Shown: in pieces, positions 1-9,580 of the stretch
Layout: every line of letters begins with the position of its first letter
Position numbering within the stretch: position 1 is the stretch's first letter
Origin: an uncultured archaeon
GTDB taxonomy: Archaea; Aenigmatarchaeota; Aenigmatarchaeia; Aenigmatarchaeales; JAHLMS01
Reading direction: 5' to 3'
Assembly (NCBI GenBank): GCA_964353775.1
Contig: CAYGWB010000006.1
Location: 115,991-179,990, forward strand
Length of the DNA stretch: 64,000 nt
Notes under the pieces: model-generated
Told to the model about the DNA's origin: nothing
Seen by the model: the letters and a program-made list of their open reading frames with translations, nothing else
The model's database searches: none
Position numbers and translations under genes: made by a program

Positions 1-2
1 CG

Positions 3-383
3 ACGCTGGTGAAAAAGGTGGCCGAACAGATGAAGATTGAGTCGGCGATGATAAATAAAATTTTTGACGACATAACAGAACTTGTGAAAACTGGCGTATC
101 TGACATAGAGGACGGAAGATGGTCCGAGTTCGGAAGAAAGATGAATTACAACCAATCGCTGCTGGAAAAACTCGGCGTCAGCACGCCGGAGCTGGACAGA
201 TTGATATCTGCTGCGCGCTCGGTCGGGGCCGGCGCAAAGCTTTCTGGCGCGGGCGGCGGCGATTGCATGATCGCGGTCGCTGAACCCGAGAAAGAAGAGA
301 CCGTACAAAGGGCGATAGCATCGGCCGGAGGTACGCTCATACCTGTGAAAACAGGCGTCGAGGGCGTCAAAATCGAGGGTTAG
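3..383 (+). CDS. GHMP-kinase family protein, C-terminal fragment (5' end lies outside the window)
   Basis: The frame is open to the window edge. It carries the GHMP-kinase C-terminal motif KLSGAGGGDCMIAVA. It sits directly upstream of type-2 IDI, so it may be a mevalonate-pathway kinase. Confidence 0.55.
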   Translation, partial: TLVKKVAEQMKIESAMINKIFDDITELVKTGVSDIEDGRWSEFGRKMNYNQSLLEKLGVSTPELDRLISAARSVGAGAKLSGAGGGDCMIAVAEPEKEETVQRAIASAGGTLIPVKTGVEGVKIEG

Positions 384-456
384 CTAAGCGAATTTACGAC
401 AATTGCCGAGTGAAAAGTCCGAAGCTTTAAATAGCCTTCTGATGTACTTGCTATCA

Positions 457-1524
457 ATGTCAAACGGTATAATAAAGAAACTCACAGAAAGAATCCAGAG
501 CCGAAAGCTGGACCACATACAGATATGCCTTGAGAAGGACGTCCAGAACGGCAACTCGGCAGGCTTCGAACACGTGCGGCTTATCCACAAGTCGTTGCCT
601 GAGGTCGATTTCAACAAGATTGACACTTCTTGCACTTTACTCGGAAAGGAGATGTCCGCGCCGATAATAATAGCCGGAATGACCGGCGGCTGGCCCGGAG
701 CCACTAGAATAAACAGGAACCTGGCAGGTGCCGCAGAGAAGCTCGGCCTGGCATTCGGTCTGGGAAGCCAGCGTGCGATGATACAGCATCCGAAACTCAA
801 GAAAACCTACTCTGTGCGCAGCATAGCACCGTCAATACTTCTGTTGGGCAATCTGGGCCTGATACAGTTCGGAGGCGGTTGGACGGAACGAGAGGTAAAG
901 AAGGCGGCCGGCGTCGGCATCGATGCGCTTGCGCTACACTTGAACGCTTTGCAGGAACTGGTCCAGCCGGAGGGTGACAGGAACTGGACCGGTTGTTTTG
1001 CCGCTCTGAAAAGATTATGCTCAAAGTCAAAACTGCCGATAATAGCGAAGGAGACAGGAGCCGGCATATCGGGCGAGACCGCGAAGATGCTGGAATCTGC
1101 GGGCGTCGCTGCGATCGACATATCCGGTTCTGGCGGGACGAACTTCGCACTCGTCGAATCACACCGCGGAAACCAGATCGGAAAGGTCTTCTCGGACTGG
1201 GGAATACCGACGGTCTGCTCTCTTTTGGAAGTTCACAATGCAGTGAGCATACCAATAATATGTTCAGGTGGTGTTCGGAGCGGACTGGACATCGCGAAGG
1301 CGATCGCGCTGGGCGCGGACGCTGTCGGAATAGCCAAACCACTGCTCAAGCCGGCGCTGAAAAGCCAGGAAGCCGTCGAGGAGCGGCTGAAGCTGCTGAT
1401 GAGCGAGCTCAGGACAGCGATGGCACTGACGGGCAGCCAGAACATCAACGAACTGAAGAAGACCAAATACGTTCTCACGGGCTTTGTCCACGACTGGGCA
1501 GAGCAACGGCTAACACACAAATAA
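457..1524 (+). CDS. fni: Type-2 (FMN-dependent) isopentenyl-diphosphate delta-isomerase
   Basis: Motifs IAGMTGG and GSQRAM, an N-terminal TERIQSRKLDHIQI stretch, and a length near 355 aa. The ORF track begins at 403; the ATG at 457 fits the family N-terminus better. Confidence 0.85.
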   Translation: MSNGIIKKLTERIQSRKLDHIQICLEKDVQNGNSAGFEHVRLIHKSLPEVDFNKIDTSCTLLGKEMSAPIIIAGMTGGWPGATRINRNLAGAAEKLGLAFGLGSQRAMIQHPKLKKTYSVRSIAPSILLLGNLGLIQFGGGWTEREVKKAAGVGIDALALHLNALQELVQPEGDRNWTGCFAALKRLCSKSKLPIIAKETGAGISGETAKMLESAGVAAIDISGSGGTNFALVESHRGNQIGKVFSDWGIPTVCSLLEVHNAVSIPIICSGGVRSGLDIAKAIALGADAVGIAKPLLKPALKSQEAVEERLKLLMSELRTAMALTGSQNINELKKTKYVLTGFVHDWAEQRLTHK

Positions 1525-1551
1525 AAGAGAAATAGAAAAAGAAAAAAATCT

Positions 1552-2190
1552 TTACGCCTTGCTGTAGGCCTCTGCGATAAGCGTTATCGCTGTAACGCCG
1601 CCGACGAATGTCGCTATCGCGCTTCCAAGGAACGGTATCAGCGAAAGTATCGCCGACAACACGCCCATGTATATCATGCCTATCAGCCATGCGGCGAAGT
1701 ACGGACCGTTGAATGCTTTCTTAAATATCGTATTGAGTTCGAACGCAGCACCTAACGTTCCCTTCTCAGCATAGCGTATTATCGCAGCGCTTCCAAGGAG
1801 TCCGAATATGATACCGACTATCGCTGTCACTATCAGACCGATGCCCGCTGTCGCCATTGACGTCAACAAAGTTGAAATGGCTTGTCCGGACATTAAGCCA
1901 GTGAAACCGCCTGCTGTCAGCACCGTCATGCCTATCGTCAACGCAAAGACTATGGCTGCAGGTATCATGTAAATGATCATGATTACCAACGCCACTATTC
2001 CTTTGATGAAAAGATCGAGCCAGTTGCCCCACTTGGGCATCTTGTAGTCTCGCCTTGCGGTACCCTTTGCACACTGAAGCAGATATCCGAAACCGATGAT
2101 GTTGACTATCGGTATCAGCATTATCACTATTCCTATGATGAGCGTCTTGAAATCCTGGAAAGGCCTTTTGAATGCATCTTGAAATGCCAT
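1552..2190 (-). CDS. Polytopic membrane protein of unknown function (possibly DUF4013-like)
   Basis: A 212-aa ORF with at least five hydrophobic helices and coding-like composition. It is a paralogue-like neighbour of the next gene. Confidence 0.5.
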   Translation of the reverse strand: MAFQDAFKRPFQDFKTLIIGIVIMLIPIVNIIGFGYLLQCAKGTARRDYKMPKWGNWLDLFIKGIVALVIMIIYMIPAAIVFALTIGMTVLTAGGFTGLMSGQAISTLLTSMATAGIGLIVTAIVGIIFGLLGSAAIIRYAEKGTLGAAFELNTIFKKAFNGPYFAAWLIGMIYMGVLSAILSLIPFLGSAIATFVGGVTAITLIAEAYSKA

Positions 2191-2205
2191 CTTCTCACCT
2201 CCTTT

Positions 2206-2952
2206 TCACTTCTTTTTTGACAAATAGTATGATGTCCATGTCAGCATTACGAACGGTGCTACGAAAACAACAGCCACTACCGAGCCTAGGAACGGTATTA
2301 AGCTGCTCAGCAATGTGGCTGCTCCTGCTATAATCAATACGAGTATGGAAAGTATGAACACCTTGATGTAGTTTGGACGTACGATTCGGTAGCTCTTTCG
2401 TATGCCCTCCATCGCCGCAATGCGATCGAGGACGACCGCATAAGTATTGAAATTGAAGAGCAGGCTTACCAGTATGCCAGCTATGCCCAATATTATTGCA
2501 AGGCATGCAATCGACCATGATTGTAAAGATATTGCAACCAAGCCTACAATCAGAGCGGGCAAAAAGAGCAGAACAAATATCAGCGCCTTGATTATCGACG
2601 TACCTATTATGGATTTCCAGCGGCTTCTGGCGACATCGAACATCGTCATGACCTTAGCCTTTTTCTTCAGAGCGTCTCGACCAACCGCGATGTAACCGCC
2701 CTGCAACACTATGCCGACAATAATGCCTATGAAAAACATGACAAACCCGAGCACCATGAGCGGTGCATTGAGCGTAGATATCTCCTCTACCGATGTTAGA
2801 GCTGCTAGTGGCACTATCGAGAAGATGACTCCAGGAATCACTATGACAGTGGTTATCAGTGTCATCAATATCGATGCGGTGACAAGTGGTCGGAAGTTCT
2901 TTTTGTACGCCTGCCATGCGCGCTTCAGATGCTCAACAACCATGGCTATCAA
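2206..2952 (-). CDS. Polytopic membrane protein of unknown function
   Basis: A 248-aa ORF with multiple TM helices and the same architecture as 1552-2190. Confidence 0.5.
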   Translation of the reverse strand: MIAMVVEHLKRAWQAYKKNFRPLVTASILMTLITTVIVIPGVIFSIVPLAALTSVEEISTLNAPLMVLGFVMFFIGIIVGIVLQGGYIAVGRDALKKKAKVMTMFDVARSRWKSIIGTSIIKALIFVLLFLPALIVGLVAISLQSWSIACLAIILGIAGILVSLLFNFNTYAVVLDRIAAMEGIRKSYRIVRPNYIKVFILSILVLIIAGAATLLSSLIPFLGSVVAVVFVAPFVMLTWTSYYLSKKK

Positions 2953-2979
2953 TTGCCGCAGCCGCCTTATAAATATTTG

Positions 2980-3786
2980 TCAGAACTTGTGGCCGAGCTT
3001 CTCGAATATTTTTTTCATCTTTATTGCGTCATATTCGAGCGTCGGGCCTTCCGCTATAATGGTCACATCCAGCTTGCGCTTCACTATCTCTCTGGCCAAC
3101 GGCTCGAACGGAGGGTGGCCGTTGATGGGCATGTGTGACAACTCGTTGCCCGTGCCCGGTGCCTTGCTGGAGAACTTGATGCCTTCGAAGTGGCAGTGCA
3201 GATGTTTGAACCTCTTGACGTTGTCCAGAACGGCCGCGTAGTCGATGTTTCCGCCCGCCCTCGCATACAGGTGCGCCCAATCGATGACAGGCATGCACTG
3301 CGACACTTCCTTGCAGACCGCCAGTATCTCGTCGAGCGTACCCCACTGCGACATCCGTCCGGTGGTCTCGATGCCTATCCTGACGTTATCAGAAAATCTT
3401 GACAATTTCTTGAACTCGGATATCATCTGTCCTGTAACGTTCTCGCTCTTCATTTTTCCATACCAGCCGGCATGGATGGCTATGACGACCGCGTCCATGG
3501 CTTCCGCACGACTGATCGTATCTGCTATCATGCGCTCGCTGGCAACTATCTTCTCTTTTTCAGCACTGTTCAAGTTGATGTAATACGGAGCGTGGATGGA
3601 AAGAGCGACGCCTAGCTGCTTCGCCACTTCTCCGGTCTCCTTGGCCACCGGTATCGACATCTTGACGCCGCGAACGAACTCGAGTTCCATCGCGTTAAGG
3701 CCGAGCTCTGCACAGCGTCTGACTCCGTCAACGGAAGAACCGCCCTTTGCCGATATCGGGATGCCTGCCGGCCCCAGTCTAATCAT
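2980..3786 (-). CDS. nfo: Endonuclease IV / AP-endonuclease family 2 (xylose-isomerase-like TIM barrel)
   Basis: A 268-aa protein with the spaced His, Asp and Glu metal-ligand pattern of Nfo (IHAPYYINL, ...HAGWY..., ...IDWAHL...). Confidence 0.7.
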   Translation of the reverse strand: MIRLGPAGIPISAKGGSSVDGVRRCAELGLNAMELEFVRGVKMSIPVAKETGEVAKQLGVALSIHAPYYINLNSAEKEKIVASERMIADTISRAEAMDAVVIAIHAGWYGKMKSENVTGQMISEFKKLSRFSDNVRIGIETTGRMSQWGTLDEILAVCKEVSQCMPVIDWAHLYARAGGNIDYAAVLDNVKRFKHLHCHFEGIKFSSKAPGTGNELSHMPINGHPPFEPLAREIVKRKLDVTIIAEGPTLEYDAIKMKKIFEKLGHKF

Positions 3787-3824
3787 GCCAAGGATTTCGG
3801 TCGGCTTACAAATAAATCTACTAT

Positions 3825-3989
3825 CTAAACTCTAAGGAAGAAGAACATCATTCCTTCGATGACGACAAGCGCGGCCGCGATCGCGACTATGTGCTCAGGC
3901 TTCAGCCTGATCAGGCCTTCCTCTGTGTCCTCGTAGCGGACTAGACCGGCCATTCCGGTCGGTGCCTGCATCCTTTGCTTCTCTGCCAT
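3825..3989 (-). CDS. Preprotein translocase subunit Sec61-beta (archaeal SecG)
   Basis: A hand-translated 54-aa ORF: MAEKQRMQAPTGMAGLVRYEDTEEGLIRLKPEHIVAIAAALVVIEGMMFFFLRV. It matches the archaeal Sec61-beta pattern (GLIRY.DE..I.LKPEHV plus a C-terminal TM helix). A TATA-like ctatttaaat lies about 26 nt upstream. Confidence 0.8.
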   Translation of the reverse strand: MAEKQRMQAPTGMAGLVRYEDTEEGLIRLKPEHIVAIAAALVVIEGMMFFFLRV

Positions 3990-4011
3990 ACAAACTACTT
4001 AAACCGCGAGC

Positions 4012-4020
4012 TATTTAAAT
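4012..4020. promoter_or_regulatory. TATA-like box tatttaaat between divergent genes (Sec61-beta and DUF167-like)
   Basis: A palindromic TTTAAA core about 26 nt from the minus-strand start codon, typical of archaeal leaderless promoters. Confidence 0.4.
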
Positions 4021-4026
4021 ATTCTC

Positions 4027-4236
4027 ATGTTGGTCGCCGTCAAGGTCCATCCGAACTCGAAAGAGTTCAGGATCGAGAAGCGCGGAGAGGGGTTGGAGGT
4101 CTGGCTGACCGAACCGGCCGAAAGAGGAAAGGCGAATGCGGAACTGATCAAAGAGCTGACAAAAAGATTTGGCAGCTGTCGGATAGTTTCTGGCCTGTCC
4201 TCTAAGAAGAAAACTCTGGAAATGGAGAGAATCTGA
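4027..4236 (+). CDS. DUF167/YggU-like small protein
   Basis: A 69-aa ORF whose VKVHPNSK..I pattern resembles the UPF0235/DUF167 family. Confidence 0.4.
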   Translation: MLVAVKVHPNSKEFRIEKRGEGLEVWLTEPAERGKANAELIKELTKRFGSCRIVSGLSSKKKTLEMERI

Positions 4237-4467
4237 CTATTGTGAAGGCAATTTTTCCTGCAATTTAGAAAACGTAGCTGACCTTCCTTCATATTCTACG
4301 TTCAGCGGGTTGCCTGGTGCGACCATCTCGCATATGAAAACCCGGTTATCATTCCCGTCTCTGTAGTTGCAGGGGCCTATTTTGTCGAATCCCATTCCCA
4401 CGAGCGTCTGACTTATCAGGAATATTGATTGCTCCTTAGGTATGTAATCCTTCTTGACTTCTATCAT
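4237..4467 (-). CDS. Hypothetical protein (76 aa)
   Basis: An ORF with ctatttaaatt about 25 nt upstream of its start (4489-4499). No family recognised. Confidence 0.3.
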   Translation of the reverse strand: MIEVKKDYIPKEQSIFLISQTLVGMGFDKIGPCNYRDGNDNRVFICEMVAPGNPLNVEYEGRSATFSKLQEKLPSQ

Positions 4468-4506
4468 ATTGAGAATGAAGAAGCAAAACTATTTAAATTG
4501 AATTGT

Positions 4507-4803
4507 GGTGTGCCGGGCGTAGCCCGTCTTCTGTAGTAGGTATCGGTCCGCGCAGATGCGGACGTCACTTGTCCCCTGACAGCATTCGTCTAAGCTGGGT
4601 ACCCGGCCCTCCTTCATCATCAGGCCTGCTTCCCATTGCACCTTGCCGGCGTAATGCGTTTCAGCCGGAACATGTTTTCGCTCCACTGAACGCGCCCAAA
4701 CCTCTCGACTTGATCACTTGCGTGATGGCAAATGGCTGCGCCACTGATGGCGGACGGAGCTTTCTCCCCGCTTGCGCGAGGGCAGCTGTCTGCCCGGCTC
4801 ACC
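4507..4803 (-). ncRNA. Structured ncRNA, candidate RNase P RNA (SRP RNA is the alternative)
   Basis: A 297-nt ORF-poor GC-rich segment. Its ends are complementary (ggugagccgggc with gcccggcacacc), as in P1. On the minus strand it has a GCAA-tetraloop hairpin, a CR-I-like gGAGAAAGCUCCGUCC, and a CR-V-like ACAGAAGACGGGCUA 13 nt from the 3' end. A TTTAAAAA box lies at 4826-4833, just upstream. Confidence 0.4.
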
Positions 4804-4854
4804 AAAACAGATTTGGTTTCTGAGGTTTAAAAAGATTTGCGGGAAATTTCTATC

Positions 4855-5319
4855 ATGGTCTACGACGCACCGTACAGACCGTCGCCTCCGAAAGTAGTTG
4901 AACACATGATAAATTTGGCGGACGTCAGACCAGACGACATTTTCTATGATCTGGGCTGCGGCGACGGACGTTTAGTGGTGGCCGCGGCAAAAAGAGGCGC
5001 GCAGGCCTTCGGCATCGAGAAACAGGATTATCTCGTGCGCGAATCTATAAAGAAAATAAGGGAGGCCCGTCTCGATAACGCGCATATCATCCAAGGCGAC
5101 GTGTTCAAGTACGATTTCAGCGATGCTACCGTCGTGACGCTTTACCTTATACCGCCTGCGCACGTCAAGCTGAAAAGCAGGCTCAAAAGATTGCAGAAGG
5201 GGGCGCGCATAGTCTGCCATGACTTTGAGCTCGATTGGTGGGCCCGCATGCTAGGATACTGGCCGCCCGAAAAAACAGAACGATATGAATGGCACAAGCT
5301 GTTCCTGTATCGGATTTAG
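4855..5319 (+). CDS. Small class-I SAM-dependent methyltransferase
   Basis: Motif I is DLGCGDGRL. The ATG at 4855 lies 25 nt downstream of the TATA at 4826-4833, consistent with a leaderless transcript (the ORF track begins at a TTG at 4837). Confidence 0.6.
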   Translation: MVYDAPYRPSPPKVVEHMINLADVRPDDIFYDLGCGDGRLVVAAAKRGAQAFGIEKQDYLVRESIKKIREARLDNAHIIQGDVFKYDFSDATVVTLYLIPPAHVKLKSRLKRLQKGARIVCHDFELDWWARMLGYWPPEKTERYEWHKLFLYRI

Positions 5320-5324
5320 GTCAT

Positions 5325-5483
5325 TCAGCGACGTCCGTCTTCTAGAATTCTGAGTCCGTCATTGTTGCCTGCCCAGTTGGTGGATCTTTCTCTGCCGGCA
5401 TACACGGTTGCCGATCCGCAACTTTTGCATGGCGGTGGAAACTTATTCAGATAACATTCTGTGCAGGAATCGTGGTAGTACAT
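5325..5483 (-). CDS. Small zinc-ribbon protein (52 aa), not in the ORF track
   Basis: Hand translation gives MYYHDSCTECYLNKFPPPCKSCGSATVYAGRERSTNWAGNNDGLRILEDGRR, with CxxC...CxxC. The promoter motif tattatttaaagctta sits 26 nt upstream (5504-5516). Confidence 0.3.
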   Translation of the reverse strand: MYYHDSCTECYLNKFPPPCKSCGSATVYAGRERSTNWAGNNDGLRILEDGRR

Positions 5484-5913
5484 AGCTTTCAAATGGAAAT
5501 AATATTATTTAAAGCTTACGCTAGTTCGAAATTGAAATAAAATTTAACCAGCAGAGGAATTTCAGGGGGTCAATAGAGGTGCAAAATCGTTGGCCGTTGG
5601 GGACTCCGAGCTGAACACGTCGCCGAAGCTTCGTGCGTACACCCGAGTTCCATTAAGCGGGTCATCTAGCCCGCGGCCATCGCCTCTTTTTCCCGGACGG
5701 TTCGGACTTAGTTCGGCGCACCGCTATAGCAGGTTCCTTCTTATAGCTACAGCTGGCGCTATGCCTTCAGTCCTTACCGCTTATCGCGTAGCTGCCCGGC
5801 ATTGCCTTTCGACAACCGGTCAACCAGTGGCGACGAACGCGCGTTCCTTTCGTACTTGCGCATTCTTCGGGTCAGGCGACTAAACACCCTCGGAAGATAT
5901 AAACCATACTGTC

Positions 5914-6123
5914 TATGTCGTCTCGCGTGGGCAAACACTAATCATAATTTACCGTAAGGGGTATCGTGCAGTCACAGCTAGCCAGAGCTAAAGCTCAGCA
6001 CGTTATCATACTTACGGTGTGCAAAACTAACCGGTCATAAAGGGTTTAGATATTCATAGCGGCTGACGCCGCTCAACTAACTTCAGATTACTTCATCCCG
6101 GTTCGAAGACGCCCACGTCGAAA
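5914..6123 (-). other. 210-nt intervening sequence in 23S domain V between GUCGUGA and GACAG (E. coli about 2598/2599, next to A2602); putative intron or IVS
   Basis: The flanking exon sequences are contiguous in all known 23S rRNAs. The insert ends carry the inverted repeat cgugggc/gcccacg, which could form a closing helix. Confidence 0.55.
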
Positions 6124-6271
6124 TCACGACGTATTGAACCCAGCTAACGTCCCCCTTTAATCAATAAACCCTTGCACCCTTGGCCGCTACTGCACGGCCA
6201 GGAGGGGGGGAGCCGACAGCGAGGTAGCAACGCGCGGGGTCGATAGGAGCTCTCGCCCGCCACGACTCTGT

Positions 6272-6422
6272 TATAGAGTGGCGATGCACAGAAACAGATC
6301 GGCTGCAACTTCCTTAGCCGACCTATCGGGTCCTCTGGATATCTATTTCTAATTCTAATCAAAAGGATTTTCCAGAAGACCCGTTACTCTGCACAACTTA
6401 TCTCTTCAGAATTTCTTCACCA
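6272..6422 (-). other. About 150-nt intervening sequence in 23S domain V inside GGGGAUA|ACAG (E. coli about 2449-2451, next to A2451); putative intron or IVS
   Basis: The exon flanks CCCCGGGGAUA and ACAGAGUCGUGGCGG are universally contiguous. An AUA direct repeat sits at both junctions. Confidence 0.55.
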
Positions 6423-9400
6423 TATCCCCGGGGTAGCTTTTCTGAAGTTACCGATATCCATCAAGGACGCTCGGCATATCGTTAGCCCATGCTTTCGCAG
6501 CTGGATCGCTTGCTATTCGCGATCCAGTCAAGCCAGCTTTTGCGCTTACACTCTACTCCAGATTTCTGACCTGGATGAGCTGACCTTAGGGCGCTCTTGA
6601 TATCCTGTCAAGAGCGTACCGCCCCAGCCGAGCGGCCCACCAATCGGTGTTCCCCCAAGTCGAGGGTTAGCCATGCGTCCACGAGATGGCAGTGTTACAC
6701 TTTCGAGTATCCAACGACCGAAATCGTTGGCATGACCTCTTCTGCCTACTCTATGAAACCGCAAACACACAGCAACGACAGGCTGCCGCAGAGCTCCACG
6801 GGGTCTTCTCTTCCCACCGAGGGTCAGTGGCCTTTTCACCACTATAGCAGGTTCGCCAGGTTCCAGCCCGGGACAGCGGGGAAGTCGTTAAGCCCTTCAT
6901 GCGGGTCGCTAATTAAGCGACAAGGGATTACGCTACCTTAAGACGGTCAGAGTTACCGCCGCCGTTAACCGGGGCTTAGGTCGGTTGAAACCAACTTTAA
7001 CACACCGGCACTGGGCAGGCCTCACTGACTGTACAGATCGTTTCCGATTAGCAGTCAGCTACGTTTTTGTTAAACAGTCGCTTCCCCCTTGTTAGTGACA
7101 CCTGCGCATCCCTGCGCAGGCAAAGGTTATACCGAAGATACCCTTCTAGATTGCCGAGTTCCCTGGACTGGTGTCTCCTGACACGCCATTGCCTTTTCAG
7201 CAAGGGGCACGTGTGTCCGTTCTTGGTACGGACATGGTGCGTCGTTCTCGCCTTCCTTTTCATGGACTCTGGAAATTTCTCCAATTCCCGCTTGCGCAGA
7301 AACTATGCACGCCCTCGGCTCCTTCTCTCCTTGACGGAACTCCGGAGCCTTCAGCGCTCAACTTACGTGGAAATATCCCAAAGTGTCGGAATGCGAGCTT
7401 GCGTCGCCGCAGCTAGCACCATGGTCACGGAATATTAACCGTGTTCCCTTTCGTCAACTTCAGTTAAGGGTTGACTTAGGACCGACTGACTCCCGGCCCA
7501 AAAAAGTTGCCGGGAAACCCTTGCCCTTTAGGCGGAGAGGATTCCAACCTCTCTTTGCTGTTACTTCTGGCAGGATTATCGATGCTGAACGGTCCATCGG
7601 AACTCACGCCCCGACTTCTACCCGAACAGCACGCCTTCCTATTCTATCGCTTTCGCGATCTCCGGTATCGGCCATGTACTTACCCCCGTCCATTTTGGCC
7701 GCACCGGCCCTCGAGAGGTCCGCTGTTACGCGTTGTTTGACGGATGGCTGCTTCTAAGCCTACCGCCCTCCTGTCTTGGGACCGGCACCAGCTTTGTGTA
7801 TTAGTACATAGTTAGGGGCCTTAACCAGAGGCTAGTTTGTTCACTTTTCGGGCACCGAGCTTACCCCAGTACCCTCACTCCCGCGGTCTTCGAGCCCAGC
7901 GTATTGTTAGTTTGTCAGGGATGCCGCCGATTTCTCAGCTTAACACCCCAAACAGTGCTTTACCCCACCGGGACCCTCACGCGAGGCTGTCCTGAGGGAC
8001 ATTTCGGAAGGAACCAGCTATCACCGTTTTCGATTGGCTTTTCACCCCTAATCCCAGGTCACCCGAGTGATTCGTAGCTCAACATCGGTATCAGCCCTCC
8101 ACGGGCCTTTCGGCCCGCTTCAGCTTACCCAGGATTAGATCAAACGGTTTCGGGTCTCACGCCCGTGACTACCCGCCCTTTCAGACGGCGCCCCTCACCA
8201 CTTGCGTGGATGCGGGCTTGTTGCTTTCGCTACGGTTACCTGCCTTCGCAGTTAGCCTCGCCACGAACGTGAACTCCCTGCCTCGTGTTTCGAAACGAAC
8301 TCCATAACCCTGTAATCGACCGCTCGTACACGCCGTTTGCACGGCTTTCCTTCGCAGTCGCACCTTTCAGGCCATGGATGACTATTACCAACTGGTTTCG
8401 GGATATTTTCACCTTCGGTGAAGAATACTTTTCAGCTTTCAGTCACCTTACTGATTTCGCTATCGGTTTCGCGAGATATTTAGGGTTGGCTGTTGATGTC
8501 AGCCACCTTTCGCCTGCATATCCGAGCAGACGTACTCGATTCCTGCAATCAACCCAACAGTCTACGCCTACGGGGCTATCACCCTTTGTCGCGCGCCGTT
8601 CCAGGCTACTTCGACTCGACTGCCAGGTCGTACGCAGATCCCACATCTTCGGCACATTACTGTGCAGAATTCGGTTCGCCCTGTTCCGCTTTCGATCGCC
8701 TTTACTAACGGAATCGCAATTGTTTTCTTCTCCTCCGCTTAATAAAATGCTTTAATTCAGCGGGTTCCCACTCCTCACGGAGCACCGGCCGAAGCCGGTA
8801 TGAGGTCACATTCGGAGATGATCGGTTCTCAGGCTGCGTGCGCCTCGCCGATCCTTTTCGCAGCTTGCTGCGTCCTTCATCGGTCTCGCGAACCAAGCCG
8901 TCCACCAGCTGGTTTATTTTGCGTGTGCGTAGGTCGATGCCTACGCTATTGACACCTGCTATTGACCCTATCCTATTCCTCTGCTGGTCTCATCGACAAA
9001 ATTGTCTCATGAGGCTCATTGGATAACAACGTTATCATTCACTGCCTCGGATGCGGCTTGCTTCACGTGTTGTTCTCATCGGGCTCTATAGCTACTCCGA
9101 CTTTCATCGCGCTTTCGCGCTCGTTTTGGGACGGTCGGTTCATCGCCCTCGATTTATCGACCTTGGCCGTAAAGCGTTGCCGCGTCACAGACGTAAAGTC
9201 TGTTATGACCCTTCCACCACGACTTGTGGTCGTGATGTGCACATTTTTTTCACCGCGTCATTTACCCCATGGGCATTTCATCGTGCTTTCGCACTCAGCC
9301 GCGTTTGCTGATTTTCATCCGCGGTGTTTGCGCGCGTATGGTATGCGCGCATCACATTTTCATGTGACTATGATTTTTGATGTTTTAGATGGATTTTGAT

Positions 9401-9570
9401 AAACCCATCAGTGATTTCACAGTCTATACTGTGAGAAAAAGCTTCATCTCGTCGCCGAATCCGCCTAAACAGGCAGTGCCGGTCCCAGACCGACGACCTG
9501 TGGTCCCAATGCGTGTTTATTCAACAGGCATACACCCACCGTATTAGCAAACAACAATATCTCCGTATAG

Positions 9571-9580
9571 TATTTAAAGC
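9571..9580. promoter_or_regulatory. TATA-like box tatttaaagc about 640 nt upstream of the 23S 5' end (candidate rRNA promoter)
   Basis: It belongs to the recurring tatttaaagctta motif family found in this window. Confidence 0.25.

Larger units (their letters stand above)
5595..8935 (-). rRNA. 23S rRNA (large-subunit rRNA), about 3.34 kb including two insertions
   Basis: The reverse complement matches universal 23S blocks: GGTGGA..GGCTTGG and GATGAAGGACGC near the 5' end (about 8870-8930). It also matches CCTTGTCG..TAAGTTCCGAC (about 6900-6975), GACCCCGTGGAGCT (about 6800), GGGGATA/ACAG and TCGATGTCGGCTC of the peptidyl-transferase region, and the sarcin-ricin loop AGTACGAAAGGAAC (about 5855). 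End coordinates are approximate to within about 30 nt. Confidence 0.85.

Noticed and set aside
797-1535. ORFs 797-1342 (-), 807-1121 (-), 993-1535 (+), 1233-1520 (-) inside or antisense to fni
   Set aside because: They overlap a well-supported conserved gene. Their Arg/Pro/Ser-rich translations look like antisense or out-of-frame noise.
4507-4803. SRP (7S) RNA assignment for the structured RNA
   Set aside because: A GGAAGCAG-like helix-8 motif is present, but the overall layout (P1 ends, P3-like hairpin, CR-I and CR-V-like blocks at the right distances) fits RNase P better. It is kept only as an alternative.
4503-4823. ORF 4503-4823 (+, 106 aa) and 4489-4686 (-, 65 aa)
   Set aside because: The translations are Pro/Arg/Gly-rich and low-complexity, typical of GC-rich structured RNA. 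The region is better explained as an RNase P or SRP RNA gene.
5340-5594. Possible 5S rRNA downstream of 23S
   Set aside because: No 5S-like conserved helices or loop-C/E motifs were seen. The region instead contains a small zinc-ribbon ORF with a promoter.
5590-9399. About 15 predicted ORFs of 60-156 aa on both strands (for example 5590-5883, 6546-6842, 7067-7438, 8285-8755, 9019-9399)
   Set aside because: They lie inside the 23S rRNA gene or its leader and trailer. Their composition is low-complexity and stop-rich in other frames, so they are artefacts of translating rRNA.
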